Positions 24,807 to 37,622 of a stretch of DNA of 64,000 nt are shown here, in pieces. Origin of the DNA: Lama glama (Eukaryota); the NCBI GenBank assembly GCA_028534125.1, contig CM052818.1, positions 35,962,001-36,026,000 of the forward strand, given 5' to 3'. Under the pieces are notes generated by a model, which was not told the origin of the DNA, searched no databases, and worked only from the letters and a program-made list of their open reading frames with translations. The position numbers were made by a program, and so were the translations under genes. Numbering within the stretch: the first letter of the stretch is position 1; each line of letters opens with the position of its first letter.

Positions 24807-26602
24807 GCCTTTTCCTTTTCGTTTGGTGGCAGCCATCAGGTGAGCCGAGATGGGTGCTTACAAGTACATTCGGGAGCTATGGAGGAAGAAGCAGTGCGAT
24901 GTCATGCGCTTTCCTCTCAGGGTGCGCTGCTGGCAATACTGCCAGCTCTCGGCCCTGCACAGGGCCCCCGCCCTACCCGGTCCGATAAGGCGTGCCGACT
25001 GGGATGCAAGGCCAAGCAAGGTTACGTCACATACTGGATTCGTGTGCGCCGTGGTGGCCGCAAACGCCCCGTTCCTAAGGGTGCTACCTACGGCAAGACT
25101 GTCCACCATGGTGTTAACCACCCGAAGTTTGCTCGGAGCCTTCAGTCTGTCACCGAGGAGCGAGCTGGACGCCACTGTGGGGCTCTGCGGGTCCTGAATT
25201 CTTACTGGGTTGGTGAAGATTCTACATACAAATTCTTTGAGGTTATCCTCATTGATCCATTCCATAAAGCTATCAGAAGAAATCCTGACACTCAGTGGAT
25301 CACCAAACCAGTCCACAAGCACAGGGAGATGCGAGGGCTGACATCAGCAGACCGAAAGAGCCCTGGGCTTGGAAAAGGCCACAAGCTTCACCACACAATT
25401 GGTGGTTCTCGCCGTGCAGTTTTGAGAAGGCGCAATTCTCTCCAGCTCCACCTTTACCGCTGATATAAGTAATGTTTGTAAAATTCTTACCTAATAAACA
25501 ATTTAAGACATTCATGTCTGCTTAAAAGTGGTTTTTAATTTGTCTGTTAAAAATTAGTTGTCTGCATGTTGTTTCCTGAATGCATTGTTAAATTATGAAA
25601 GTTAAAAGTGCAATAATGTTTAAAGACTAAGTGACGGTGTATCTTGTTTCTAATAAGAGAAATGCTTTTGTCTTTGCTTTATCTTATTAGGGAGTTTATA
25701 TGTCAGTGTGTAAAATGCTGTTTGCTACAATGGATGTAAAATAAGTTCTGTAAAAGAGGAAGTGCAGAAATTAGCCCTGTAGATTTGTTGGTGCATGTGA
25801 TGAAACCTACAGCTTTTTGGATGATGCAATGCTCTGCTGGTTTACTCTAAAGTGGCTGTCTTATGGAGTTTGGCAAAGACAAACTTTTAAAATTGGATTT
25901 TCCTTGGAAATGTGAGAGGTGTCCTGATCCTTTACCATATGTGGAAAAAAAGTTCACTAAGGGCCCACATTTTTAGATGTCATCTACTATTCCATTTATG
26001 TAACTGCCACTTCTGAAAGGAGGAAAGAAAGAATGCCACCATTTTTAAGAGAATTGAGTAAACCTGTTGCCAGAGAGTTCTCACAAATCAAACAAAATCT
26101 GGTTAAATTGCCTTGGCCTCCTTGGTACCATTGATCACATAAAAGGTGGAAGCTCCTGGTTCAATCTCATAAATAACTGGGATCTCTAGAATACTGAATT
26201 TCATGCAAAGTAGTAATGTTATTTACACTGCTATGTATTGAAACTGATGAAAATTGAACATTAGGTGAGAAGGGAATTACTAGCCTTAAGGTTTGTAAAC
26301 TAGTAATGCTAGGATTGGGAAATTGGTATTCGTTGGATACCTTTTGATTGTAGGAGGATATAATAAAACCTGGATCAAAAAATTTTAAGTGTTTTATCTG
26401 TAATACTACTTTGTGACCATTTTGAACCCTCAAGCTACCTTGGGGGGGGGAATATGGTTGGTTTTGTTTAACAGTAACATTACTAGGTCTAATCAATGTC
26501 ATCTTGGGTCAAGCCACTTTATCCATTTCCATAAGGCTACTGAGAACAGTCATGTAGTTGGTGTCAATACAAGTTCATGGTTTCCAATCTAAAAAAAAAA
26601 AA
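24807..26602 (+). pseudogene. RPL15: Processed pseudogene (retrocopy) of ribosomal protein L15 (eL15), full length with long 3' UTR
   Basis: ATG at 24850 gives [15 protein letters not shown]..., continuing after a -1 frameshift in the C-run at 24965-24969 to ...[12 protein letters not shown] at 25463 (614 nt versus 615 expected). Intronless; 5' TOP-like CCTTTTCCTTTTC; poly(A) at 26591-26604; perfect TSD AAGAATTTCAATGAACAC at 24789-24806 and 26603-26620; about 20 amino-acid changes against the recalled mammalian protein. Confidence 0.97.
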
Positions 26603-28168
26603 AAGAATTTCAATGAACACAAGAGGATTATCATTTCAGTAGAAGGGAGATGTGACATGTTGGTAGACAGAGGGAAAGATCATTTATTAGAAAAGATTGA
26701 AGTTGCAAAAAAGAAAAAGAGTTGACCAAGCAAGGTTTGAGGGAAGTGAATAGGGATGAGATAAAAGCCACAAGTGGGGACATGACTATTTGACTCTGAA
26801 GTCCGTGAGGACAAGGACCATATCAGATTTTGCTCACCATTGTGTCCAGTACTTGACACAGAGTAGGAATTCTATGATATTTGTTGGAGGAATAAACAAA
26901 TGAATGAATAATAAGGGAACCATCCCCCCCCCAATGCTGCACTTATGTACTGAGTAGCAAAAGTTCAGGTCCAAATAAAAGAAGAAAAAAAAAGGCAAGA
27001 AGGAGGCTGAAATATAACACAGATGCCTGCTTTGGCCTCTTTGGCCAATGTACTGGATGACATCTGGGAAACCAAGACAAATTGTCAGCAGTCACTGCCA
27101 TATAGAGAAACTGACAGTTCTGGTGACTTCAGTGCTGATGTTAATTGGAACTGTATTCTACAGCATACAGTTATTTATCATTCTGAGTTCTGAATGCCAA
27201 GTGAAATTTATCATGTAAATCTTTATATGAGGACACTGAATAGCAGAGTAGCTGGTGCCCTTGATAGAAATTCTACTGAAAAAGATAAATAAAAAAAACA
27301 TAGATATGCACAAGGGTGATACTGAACATATTTAACAACTGGTATGACACGGAAGCCAACAGACCAGCCCTCAGCAACCCACAGAGCTGCCTGTGCACAC
27401 TGACAATCAGGACTGCATGACCGTGTTTTTATTGATGGTGCTGAGAGAACAATAGTGCTGTTTTTAAAAGGCAGTTCTACTGAGTGGAAGGGAAAGTGTT
27501 GCATGCTCTCAAAACAATGTCTTCCCCACAAATTCTTAGCCTGAGGCTTCTCTGTCCAGTAGAGAAGAACTTTACTCACTGTTTCTTCAACTTTGTCCTT
27601 CAGACTTCAGCAAACCGTGATCCTGGCCACTTGCTTTAATCTCTGCTTTATTGACTCTAAGTCCTGAGCCAGCCGCTCCTGGACGAGGCCTGCCCTTAGC
27701 TAATCCGTGTGCTGTTTACCTTCACTAGCCTACAGTTATCCCCAATATCTCCCATCCACCCTGGTCATGAACGTAACAGACTCAGTTCTTGACAAGACTT
27801 ACCACAGAAAAGACTCAAAGAAAATTTTACCACATAGAGGACCAATGGTTGAACACTAAGTTTCAAGAAGTTGCACGCTGATGATTCTACTCAGAGATAA
27901 GATTATAATCACCTGAGTTTCCTGTGGGTCATTACAGACTCCACCTAATTTTAAAAGATGGAAAACCAAATACAGAGATGATACGCTTCGATTCATTGCT
28001 TAAGGAAATGTCTTCTTTGTGTCTTATATTGTATTTTGTGCTGTAACACCAAAGGCAGCACACCTGGTGGACTGCCTTTGAAAATCCAGGAATGCATTAG
28101 TCAACAACTACAGGCAATTGCCACATTGTTTAGCCTCCTATGGAAGGTGTAACTTATTCCACAGGATT

Positions 28169-28585
28169 TTTTTTTAAGTGTACAATGAAAGGTTTTTAGT
28201 ATATTTACAGATATATGCAACCATCACCACAATGTTACAACATTTTCATCACCTCAAAAAAGGAACCCTAACCCCTTTCACTATCTCCCAGCTGTCCCCA
28301 CTCCTAATCTCACTGCCAGGCTTAAGTAGCCACTAATCTGCTTTCTGTCCGTGAATTTCCCTGGGCATTCATATAAATGGAATCGTATAATTTGTGGACT
28401 TTTGTGTCAGGCTTCTTTCACTTAGCACAATGTTTTCAAGGTACATCCAACTTGTAGTATGTATCAATATTTTATTCCTTTTTATGGCTGAATTAATAGT
28501 CCACTGTCTGGATATACCACATTTTGCTTATTTGTCCTTCCATTGGTGGACATCTGGGTTGTTTCCACCTTTTGGCTACTATGAA
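28169..28585 (-). mobile_element. 5'-truncated L1 (L1MB-like) 3' end
   Basis: Poly(T) followed by reversed L1 3' UTR; perfect TSD tattccacaggatt at 28155-28168 and 28586-28599. Confidence 0.88.
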
Positions 28586-28621
28586 TATTCCACAGGATTA
28601 CGATTACCCAATCTTTCAACA

Positions 28622-29040
28622 GGGTTACGGGCTATTCAACAGGGTTATGGCCACCTCCAAATTCGTATGCTAAAATCCTAACCCCCTAGTACCTCAGAAT
28701 GTAACTGTATTTGGAGGAAGAGCCTTTACAGAAATGCTTAAGTTAAAAAGAGGCTGTAAGCATGGGCCCTAATCCAACCTGACTGGGGTCCTTATAAGAA
28801 GAGGAATTTAGACACACTAAGAGACACCAGGGATGCGCACATGCACAGAGGAAGCACCACGTGAGGACACAGTGAAAAGGAGGCCATCTCCCAGCCAAGG
28901 GAAGAGGCCTTAGAAGAAAACAATCTGTCAACATCTTGATCTTGGACATGCAGCCTCCAGAACTGTGAGAAAATTAATTTCTGTTGTCTAAGCCCCCCAG
29001 GCTGTGGCATTTTGTTATGGCAGCCCTAGAAGACTAACGT
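28622..29040 (+). mobile_element. ERVL-MaLR solo LTR (MLT1A/B-like)
   Basis: gtacctcagaatgtaactgtatttggag...ggccctaatccaa...ccttataagaagagg...cagcctccagaactgtgagaaaat...ttgttatggcagccctag. Confidence 0.88.
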
Positions 29041-30754
29041 GAACGGGTACTTATTGCAGGCCTAATGTGCGTGGGCTACAGTGACAGTCTCCCCAGTGAG
29101 GCTACAACCAAAGACAGGACCTAAGTCTTCTATTTCTTTGTGTCCCCCAAGTGTCCCCTTCACAGAGTAGGACCTCAGCACCAATATTTTAAAGGATAGT
29201 ATAGAAAAACGTCTAAGACATACTCACTACCTTCACTACTGCTTGAAAACCAGTAGTAGAGATTAGGCGGGCACGGCAGAGTATCTAGACAATCAGGAGG
29301 GGATTGTGGGCAGCGGCTGTCCAGCACATATGTAGGGTGCTTGATGGCTGGGATTCTGACAGGGAGAGAAGTAGGGGCCTTCCTGGGACAGAGAACAATG
29401 TAAGCAAAGGCAGAGAGCTGGGAATGCTTTATTTCCTATTAGCAAGAGAGTAAATAATTGTTCCAGCTAGAGTGGCATGCTCGTAGAAAGAAAATATGCA
29501 GTATTTTGGAGAATTTTGAATGCCAGTCTTAGGCCTCAGGACTTGATCCTTGTCCTAACTCCCTTTGGGAACTAGGAGACCTCAGATATTAATCCTGCTG
29601 GGTTATGGGAATTGAGGCAGGGTAAGAGGGAAGGCAGGATTGGCATGTGCGACGGCAAAGTGCGTGGTGGAGGAAGATCAAGACAGAGCAAACTGAGGCA
29701 TGGCTAGGATCTAGACAAATGAATCAGAGAGGCAGAACTAGTTACGAGGAAACCAGAGTGACCTGGAGGTGCTGAGGGAGGGCAGGGTCTGAAAGGGAGG
29801 GGCGAAGCAATGCCTTGGAACCCAGAATATAGCACAAGAGCTTTATGGATGCCTTGTCCAGAGTAGGGAGGCTGCCATTAAGAGGATGGAAACATTCTGG
29901 ACAATAGGCAGTTGATGAAGAGGATCACTGAAGCCCAGAGGCCAGAGGCCAATACAATGGTATTTTAGAAAAATCTAATGAGTAGTACTGAAGAACCAGA
30001 GTTAGAAAGCATAACGTATCAAGACATGATTTGAAGGTCCTTAATTTCAATGCTTTTCAATTTATTGACTTTTATGGCTAGCACTTTAAGCATACCGTTT
30101 GAAAATTCCTTGACAGAGAAATTGTAGTAACTGGAAAAAATAGTGGTAGGTTCATAGAAAACTAAAAAGAATTTAAACAAAAAAAACATAGCTTTTAGTT
30201 AACTCGGGAAAAAATTGTACTAGAAACAAAACATAATCATAGTATTTCATTGGGTTCAGCTGTGAAGATTTATTTATGCAATGATCATCATAATATAATC
30301 ACTGACTACTTATTTCTCCAGAAATCTGTGAGGGGACCCAATAAATAACAAACACCTTCCCAACCTGAGTTCTGGATAAATTGAGAAGTAAAAGGGAAGT
30401 TAAGATATTGCCTTTACTATAATTGAGAAAGGCCAGGTTGGAGAGTGTAGTAGCATCAAGTCTTTTTGCAAAGGGGGATGGTTAAACAGAGCCAGACTTA
30501 GTGAGAATTACCCCCTCAGCTGTGGGCAACGCTGTACGAAGGCAGGCTCTCTCGAGTGAGTCCCTGGTGTTGCCCATTCAGCCAAGAGGAGCCTCTTCTG
30601 GCCAGCAGATGATTGTTTTCCATCCAACACCATGAGTTTTTCAAACTAGCCTTTAGGAATTAGTTTAGTTTAAAAAGGAGGAAAGTTTATCTTCATTCTT
30701 TTGCTAAAAAGAAAACCATTCTAGGCAGTATTCATGTAGAAGTATGTGTTAATG

Positions 30755-31100
30755 AAGATCTAGGGAGTGCTGTAAAAAATAAACCCCTAAATGTATAATG
30801 TCTCAAACACAATATAAATTGATGTCTTGTTCACATAACAGACTGAATCATATGTTCCTCATCAGCAGAGGCAGCTCTGCCATTTTCCACACATGGCTTC
30901 CAATGTTGCACTAGTCAACTCAGCATGGAGAAGCCTGGGAGGGGGGTTTTTATGGGCCAGGCCTGGAAGTATCACTCATCATTTCCACTCACTTTCAGCA
31001 GGCTGGAGACCTCACTGCTAAGGAATCTGGGAAATGTAGTCTAGCTTTGAGTCCAGGAAGAGGAGACCATGAATTTTGGTGAGTAGTTATCATTCTCTGC
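30755..31100 (-). mobile_element. ERVL-MaLR LTR fragment (MLT1-like)
   Basis: ccaggcctggaagt...catttccactcac...ggaatctgggaaatgtagtctagct motifs. Confidence 0.6.
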
Positions 31101-34100
31101 CACTGGTTATGAGGTTCATCTGGGCAGAATGTTTCGTATTGCCTCCCATGCCTGACGCATAGTAGGCCCTCCATAAATGTTTGTTGAATAAATAATAAAG
31201 TGGAAAGCGTGTGAACTTTGACATCGAGAAGACCCAAATTCTAACCCAAGCTCTGCCACTTTCTAATCATATTAATTTAGACAAGCTACTTAAATTTCTT
31301 GAGCCTCAGTTTCTCATCTATATAACAGAGATGGAAATATGTTTTGTGATCAGCTTTTCAGGCCATACCAGCCAGTCACTGGGCAGTGACTAAAAATATG
31401 CCAACAAAAAATAGTTTTTGTGAAATAGGCCTCTTTGATTTCCTCTCAAATAGCTCTGGGAGTGGGAAAGGGACATGTTACATGGAGACAATGTTGTCTC
31501 ATCAGCAGTCTTTTAAAAATTATAGTCATCCAAGCAGCCCAGGAAATCTCTCGCTTCCCTGTTTTCTGGCCTTGGCACCTGGGGTGAATCTGCTGCCCAG
31601 TGGTCAAGGCCTGGACTGAGGCTGCAGGTGCCCAGTGCCTTCATGCTCCCAGGTCACTGTGTGCTTTCTGCTCCCACAGCCCCTCCAGAGCCCCGTGGGC
31701 TGCACTCTGCCATGAGCTGTCCAGCAAGGGTATCTCAGGTCATAATCTCTCACCTTAATATCTTTCAAGTGAAATGGCTTTGTTTGTCTCTGCTTCTTGT
31801 TCAGTCTCCCTAGGACTAAGGCAGGAGTCCCCAGAGCAGAGTCAGCAGATAGTATTAGTGACAAACAGCTTACAATACTCAAAACATCCCTCCCGCTTTC
31901 ACCCAAATTTGCCCCGCTCTCCTTAGAATGGGTTGCTTCTTGGGACCTCCTTGATTCTTCAAGCAAAAAGGACACTTCCCATCAGCTTTTCAGCATTCGT
32001 AGCCCTGTCAGAACTCCTGAGTCCCAGCTTAGCAGTCAAGCCAGAACCTTCTTCACCTCCCGGCCCCCTACTCCTTCCTTACTTGCTTTGCAGGGTTGAT
32101 GCTGGCATTCAATGAGAGAAAGTGGACAAAACACCAGACTTGGTGATGGCATCAAGAAGATACACAGTAAGTGTTGGTTTCTGTTACATTCCTTGGGATA
32201 CTTCTGGCATCCCAGAAATTAATAGATCCATCACCTATCCCCTGAAGGGAGGCCCTGGCCACATGCACCCTTGAATCTTGGGACAGATGGTTTAAGTGCT
32301 GCATTACTTTGGTATCTAGGACAAGGTCAGAAAACTCACGATTAACAGACAGTCTTGGATGTAGGGCCCATTTTGAATTTTCCAAAATAGGAAATAGGAA
32401 GCTGAAGTAGGCCACGAGGCAGTGATGTCATGAGAGCAACATATCTGCACATGTACATATTACACATATGATTTTCCCAATTATGCACAGATATGCACTC
32501 TTCAAATGGGGTGTGGGTGTCACTAAGGGTGATGCCTCTGTCCTAACAGCTCCTGTATCTAAGACCCTCATTTCAGTCCTGAGAGGAAGCTGGAATTAGG
32601 CCTCAAAATGCACATGGGACAGAGAGAAGAAAACATGAAAGGGAAAAAATATGCAAAATAAACATCGTAGTCCAAATGAATGTCTTCTGGATGAATTAGA
32701 GAAGAAAAGAAGCATGGGAAATGTACTTTCCCATGAGGAATGAGCAGACGGGGGTCTCCAGGAGGTAGTTCTTTAACTGCTTTGATAGTGGCAAGTGTGA
32801 GACATTGCAGAAGCACCATCAGGAGAACCTTTGATGGGTTAGATGTGGGACTGTGACAGAGGAAAAGGAACAGAAGCAACCATGAGGTTACAAGCTGGAA
32901 GTGCCACATAGGCCTAGAGCTTAAAGCACTGAACTGAGAGTTGGAAGAGCTGTCTGCCACTTTGAACAAGTTGCTTATCCTCTCTTGGCTCAGTTTCTTC
33001 ATCTGTAAAATGCCTCTATCAAATTCATCATGTTTGGGGGAGGCATAAATAAGATGATATTTATGCGAGAAAACACAGTGGACGAGGAGAAGGCAGCATA
33101 GTTCACCATCATCGTTTTCATCATTGTCAGTAGAAAAGCTGGAAAGGGATATAGTTTGAGGGATAATACAAGAAATTCAGTTTTACATATGCTAAGATGT
33201 TGGCATAATATCCAAGTAGAGAGAGCAGATAACAGCCAATGTGGGGGCACAAATTAAGGAGTTAATGAGGCAGGGCCTTTGTACACAGTTGGCCCTCCTT
33301 CTCCATATCTCGTTGGTTTACACCAGGAAAAATCACAGTATCAAACTAGATTCAAGAAAATATGCAGGTATTTGATGGACAAAGTACGTGATACACCTGC
33401 TCTGGGCTCTTGCCTTCTGGGGAAGGGAAGGATGGGTGGGACACAGGAGCTGTGGGATCAGGAACTAGGAGGAAAGATTAGAAAGTCACTCTTATAAAAG
33501 GGCTGACTTATAAAGCAGACTAAGAGGAAGGCCAGCAAGAGAGACCAGCTGCAGGAGATGTTGATGAGTGTGTGTGGAGGTGGGGGGTGGTCAGGAGAGT
33601 ATCACTGCTTAGGACTTCAGGAGGCTGAGTGGAATGTGACCCATCCTGTATGGGAGGGTGAGGCCTCAACTATGTAGGGAAAATGGGACTTTGCTCCCCT
33701 ATGAGCCCGATGAGCTCAGAACTGGACCTTCATTTAGATTAAGGGGGTAAAAGTTACCCAATAGAACTAAAAATCATGGGATAAAGCTAATTAATTAATT
33801 CTGTTTTTATTAATGATCAATTTATTAATTAAGACCTTGATAGGCTGTTAGAGAAGTTTAAGCTTAAACAGTGAAACCATGTACCTACAATAGATCAACT
33901 CTGCGTAGTATGTAACCTAGGAGCTCTACACTCACTGTGTAGAGTAAACTGGTTATATATTTTCACTCATTGTGCAAGTTGGGATAAAAGAAAATAAGGA
34001 CCCTGGAGAGAAGAAAAAAGAGATAAGTCTGCAAACTCAAGGACATGGACAACTTCTTTAAAAATGTCTTTTCCAATAAACTTAAAAATGTTACCTTCTC

Positions 34101-37100
34101 CCAAGATTCTGACATTATCACCTAAAGGAAATGTTTTTCAAACTGGGGATCATAAAATCAATTTAGTTGGTCATGACCAGCAGTTGAAAAGACAAGAGTA
34201 AGCACTGTTTTAAATGGTTTTGTTTTAATTACACACATGGGCACACACACACACAAATGTGTACTGAATTGAGACATAATTGTATTTCTTATTTTGTTGT
34301 GGTTCACAACAAAAACAACAAAATGTACAAAACATTGCTCCCTCCCTGCCCTCCCTATTGAGATTATTTTATTTCCTGCATTTGCCCATACTTTCTTTAG
34401 TTTGAATGTGAAAACAAAAGGCCTCTCATTTATTTTTCAAATATGAAAGAATATTTAGTTTGAATGTGTTTTTCAAACAATCCCCTCCCTGTACCTGAAG
34501 ATTCTTGTGTTTCCCCCAAGGGTCCAGAACGCCCCGGGTGAGAATCACTGGACAAAGGTATAGGGAAATCTTCTCCCTTGAGTAGTAGTAGCAGTATTAA
34601 TCCCCAACAAGGAAGGCCAATAAACCTTCTGTTTGGAATGTTTGCTGAGTTTATTTCATCACACAGTTTCTGGAAAGAATGTAGAAGTCAGTGGGCCACC
34701 AAGAGTCCTATAAACTGACATTTCGGATCAATGAGTCTCCGGCAGATTAAATTAACAGGTGTCAGTCTCAGTTTGTCTCTATTCTAAAAGTGGTAGTATT
34801 TTAGCCTGGGTGATCTTTAAAATATGAAATAACTGGTCAGCATGGCTACTGGACAACCTGAATGAATATTGACCATAAACAGCCAGTAAGTATGTTCCAT
34901 CTGCAGCTCACCTTGCACTTAGTAATGGAGGGAAAGTATGATTAAATACCTGGTCTTCACCCAAACAATATTTGTGAATTGTGAGAAGACATCTCCGGGC
35001 AAAAGCAAGAGCTAGAATTGGTCACTGTCAAAAAGTAGCAATGAGCTTTAAACACTTTTTTGTTTAAGTAATGAAGCTAGGAATAATCAGACATGATGTG
35101 AGAGAGAGCAATACACAACAGTGAAATGATGAAAGGTCTTCCTGGAAACCAGGACATTTGGAAACAAGAAGGAGATAAAAGTAGGTTTAAAAAAAGTTTA
35201 AAACCTGTAAGGGAGGAATGGAAATGAAAAACAGGAAGATAATGGAATGAAGATATTTTCCTCAATTAGCCCAAGTCTGGAAAAACAAGACAGAATAAGA
35301 AAAAGTAAGAAGAATAAACCTAGGATGCTTTTCATGGAAAGAATATATTTTAAAGGACAGAGATCCTCTTCCCAAACAAGCAAATACCTAGGGAACCATA
35401 CTTGCCTTAAGGATCTGGAATCCAAGACTAGGCTCAGAGATGAGGCAAGGCTGGGCCTCAGACTGTAACTGATGGAGCCAAAGGAAAGACAGCATCCATG
35501 GACAAAGCTGGGATGCCAAACAGCAAGTCCCACTGAAGTGTGAGGCCAAAGTATCTGGGCAAAGAGGCAGAAACAACCAGGTGCTGGGCAATGGAACAGG
35601 ATCTGAGATCCCAGAACAAGGCAAGCAGTTTAGAACGACAGGTGGGAGGCAGAGCCTAGGAGTTTCCCAGGGCACTGGAATATCATCACAGAGTTTTTTT
35701 ATAGGGCTATTTAGGGTGCTAAGCTGGTTTTACATAAATGTAATGGGGCCAAGCCCTTAACCTCAACAAGAAATAATGCCACAACAACAACAACAAAAAT
35801 AACAACAACCACTTTCGATATCCATTACGGGCCTTGGTTTGGATCCTGGTTCCATCACTCACTGGTGGCAGAATGGGTATATCTGACAAGTTACTTAACC
35901 CCCACCCCACGCCTTAGTTTTCTCTTCTTTTAAAATGTAGATAATAATAGTATTACACCCTCTCCCTGGATGATTGCATCCATTCCTGTGGCTTTAGGGA
36001 TCTATGTGTTGACAACTCTCAAATTCATTTCTTCAACCCAAACCTCTCCTCTGAGTTTCAGATTCCTGCATCTAAATACAATTCAAACTTAAAAGAAAAA
36101 TGAAATTCTTTGGATTCACTTTCAGGATCAAGGACCCTGGTCCTTGTCTAAAATTCCTCACCTCTATAAATGTCACCATCAGTTGATTCCTCAGTTCCTC
36201 CCTCTCCCTCAGTCTTAACATCCAACGCAGTGACTCCTGGTACAAAATCCAAAATCGTTTCCAAGGTCACAGCCCATCTCCTTAAGTCCTTCTATCCTTG
36301 CCTTAAAATGAGCCTGGCATGGCCATGAAAATGCACAAAAACTCTCTGGCCTCTGTCTCCCGAATTCACTGACCCTTTCCTCCTCTGTTCCCAGCTGCTG
36401 CTTCTCAGTGCTGCCTTTTCAGTTTTCCAGGCGCTGTTTGATTATGGGTTTTCCCAATTTTCTGTAGACCTCCTGGTATTTATAATCTGTTTGGGATATG
36501 TTCTCTGGCTCCCTCTGAGCCTTCCTCCTCAGAAAAGTTTCTTTTTTTTCCTTCAGCAGCCCAAAGTCCAAACCTTGTGTAAGAAAGACCTCCAAATTCC
36601 TTTCAGCCTAAATTTGGTTGTGCACAGAACTATGTCAGGTGGATCGGAGCAGGTAAGCAGAGAAAACAAAGTACTTCAAGAGAGAATGTGTGTTAGAAAC
36701 ATCCAACCTGACAGGTATAGCTTTTCATGGAAAAATACTTCCCCTTGTGTGCTGTGGCAGGTGGAGGGACTTAAGACCATCCTGAGGACAAGGCTGGATG
36801 TCTGTGAACAGCTCCTTTCCTGTTACACTGCTGCTGCCTCGCCCTCCTCACTTTCCCTTCCCGCTCCCACAGGAAAACCACAATATGCAGCCAGCCAGCT
36901 GGGTTATCAGCCAGAAGTGCACTTCCACGAAGTAGTTCAGGCCATAAAAGGCAGAATGATAAAGGATTCAAATGCAAGCGCCTTTGCCCTGATCCATCTA
37001 ACGTGTGGTTTATACATCAAAACCTCAGAAATATTCAGGAAGCTGAGAAGCATTGTATGTGGTGAGGATGAACAGGGAGTGGGGGCAGATGCCTCACTGT

Positions 37101-37410
37101 TAGGGCAGGTTAAGAGTAACATTAACTCTCCTCACTTCCTCAAAGAAGGTACAAGATACCAATTTAGGAATAGTCTTTCATAGAAGATAATGGCTGGAAC
37201 CTCACTTCAAATGCAACTTCCAGGTAGAAATCTTTGCATGACTACTGTTTTTCTAGGCCCTCTGGGATAGCCAAATCCTGTCAGTTTGTTCATTTTAGGA
37301 TCTTCACCACCAGTGCCTGGCACATTGTAAACACTCATGAAATACATGTGGTATAAATAGAGCCCAGTGGGCAGCCCAGTGCCCTGTCTTTTCCCTGCCT
37401 TTTGCATTTT

Positions 37411-37622
37411 ACATTTTTTAAATTGGAGTATAGTTGATTTACAATGTTATGTTAGTTTCAGGTGTACAATAAAGTGATTTAGTTATAAATATATATGTAA
37501 ATAAATTATATATTTATATATATATATACATATTCCTTTTCAGATTCTTTTCCTTTATAGGTTACTATAAGATATTGAATACAGTTCCCTGTGCTATACT
37601 GTAAGACCTTGTTGTTTATCTC
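37411..37622 (-). mobile_element. Artiodactyl-type L1 3' end
   Basis: tttttaaattggagtatagttgatttacaatgtt...(TA)n...aagatattgaatacagttccctgtgctata. Confidence 0.8.

Noticed and set aside
24858..25322. 154-aa antisense ORF over the retrocopy
   Set aside because: Shadow ORF of the RPL15 coding sequence.
24850..25463. Functional RPL15 gene
   Set aside because: Intronless, with poly(A) and TSD, a frameshift and ~20 substitutions in a highly conserved protein.
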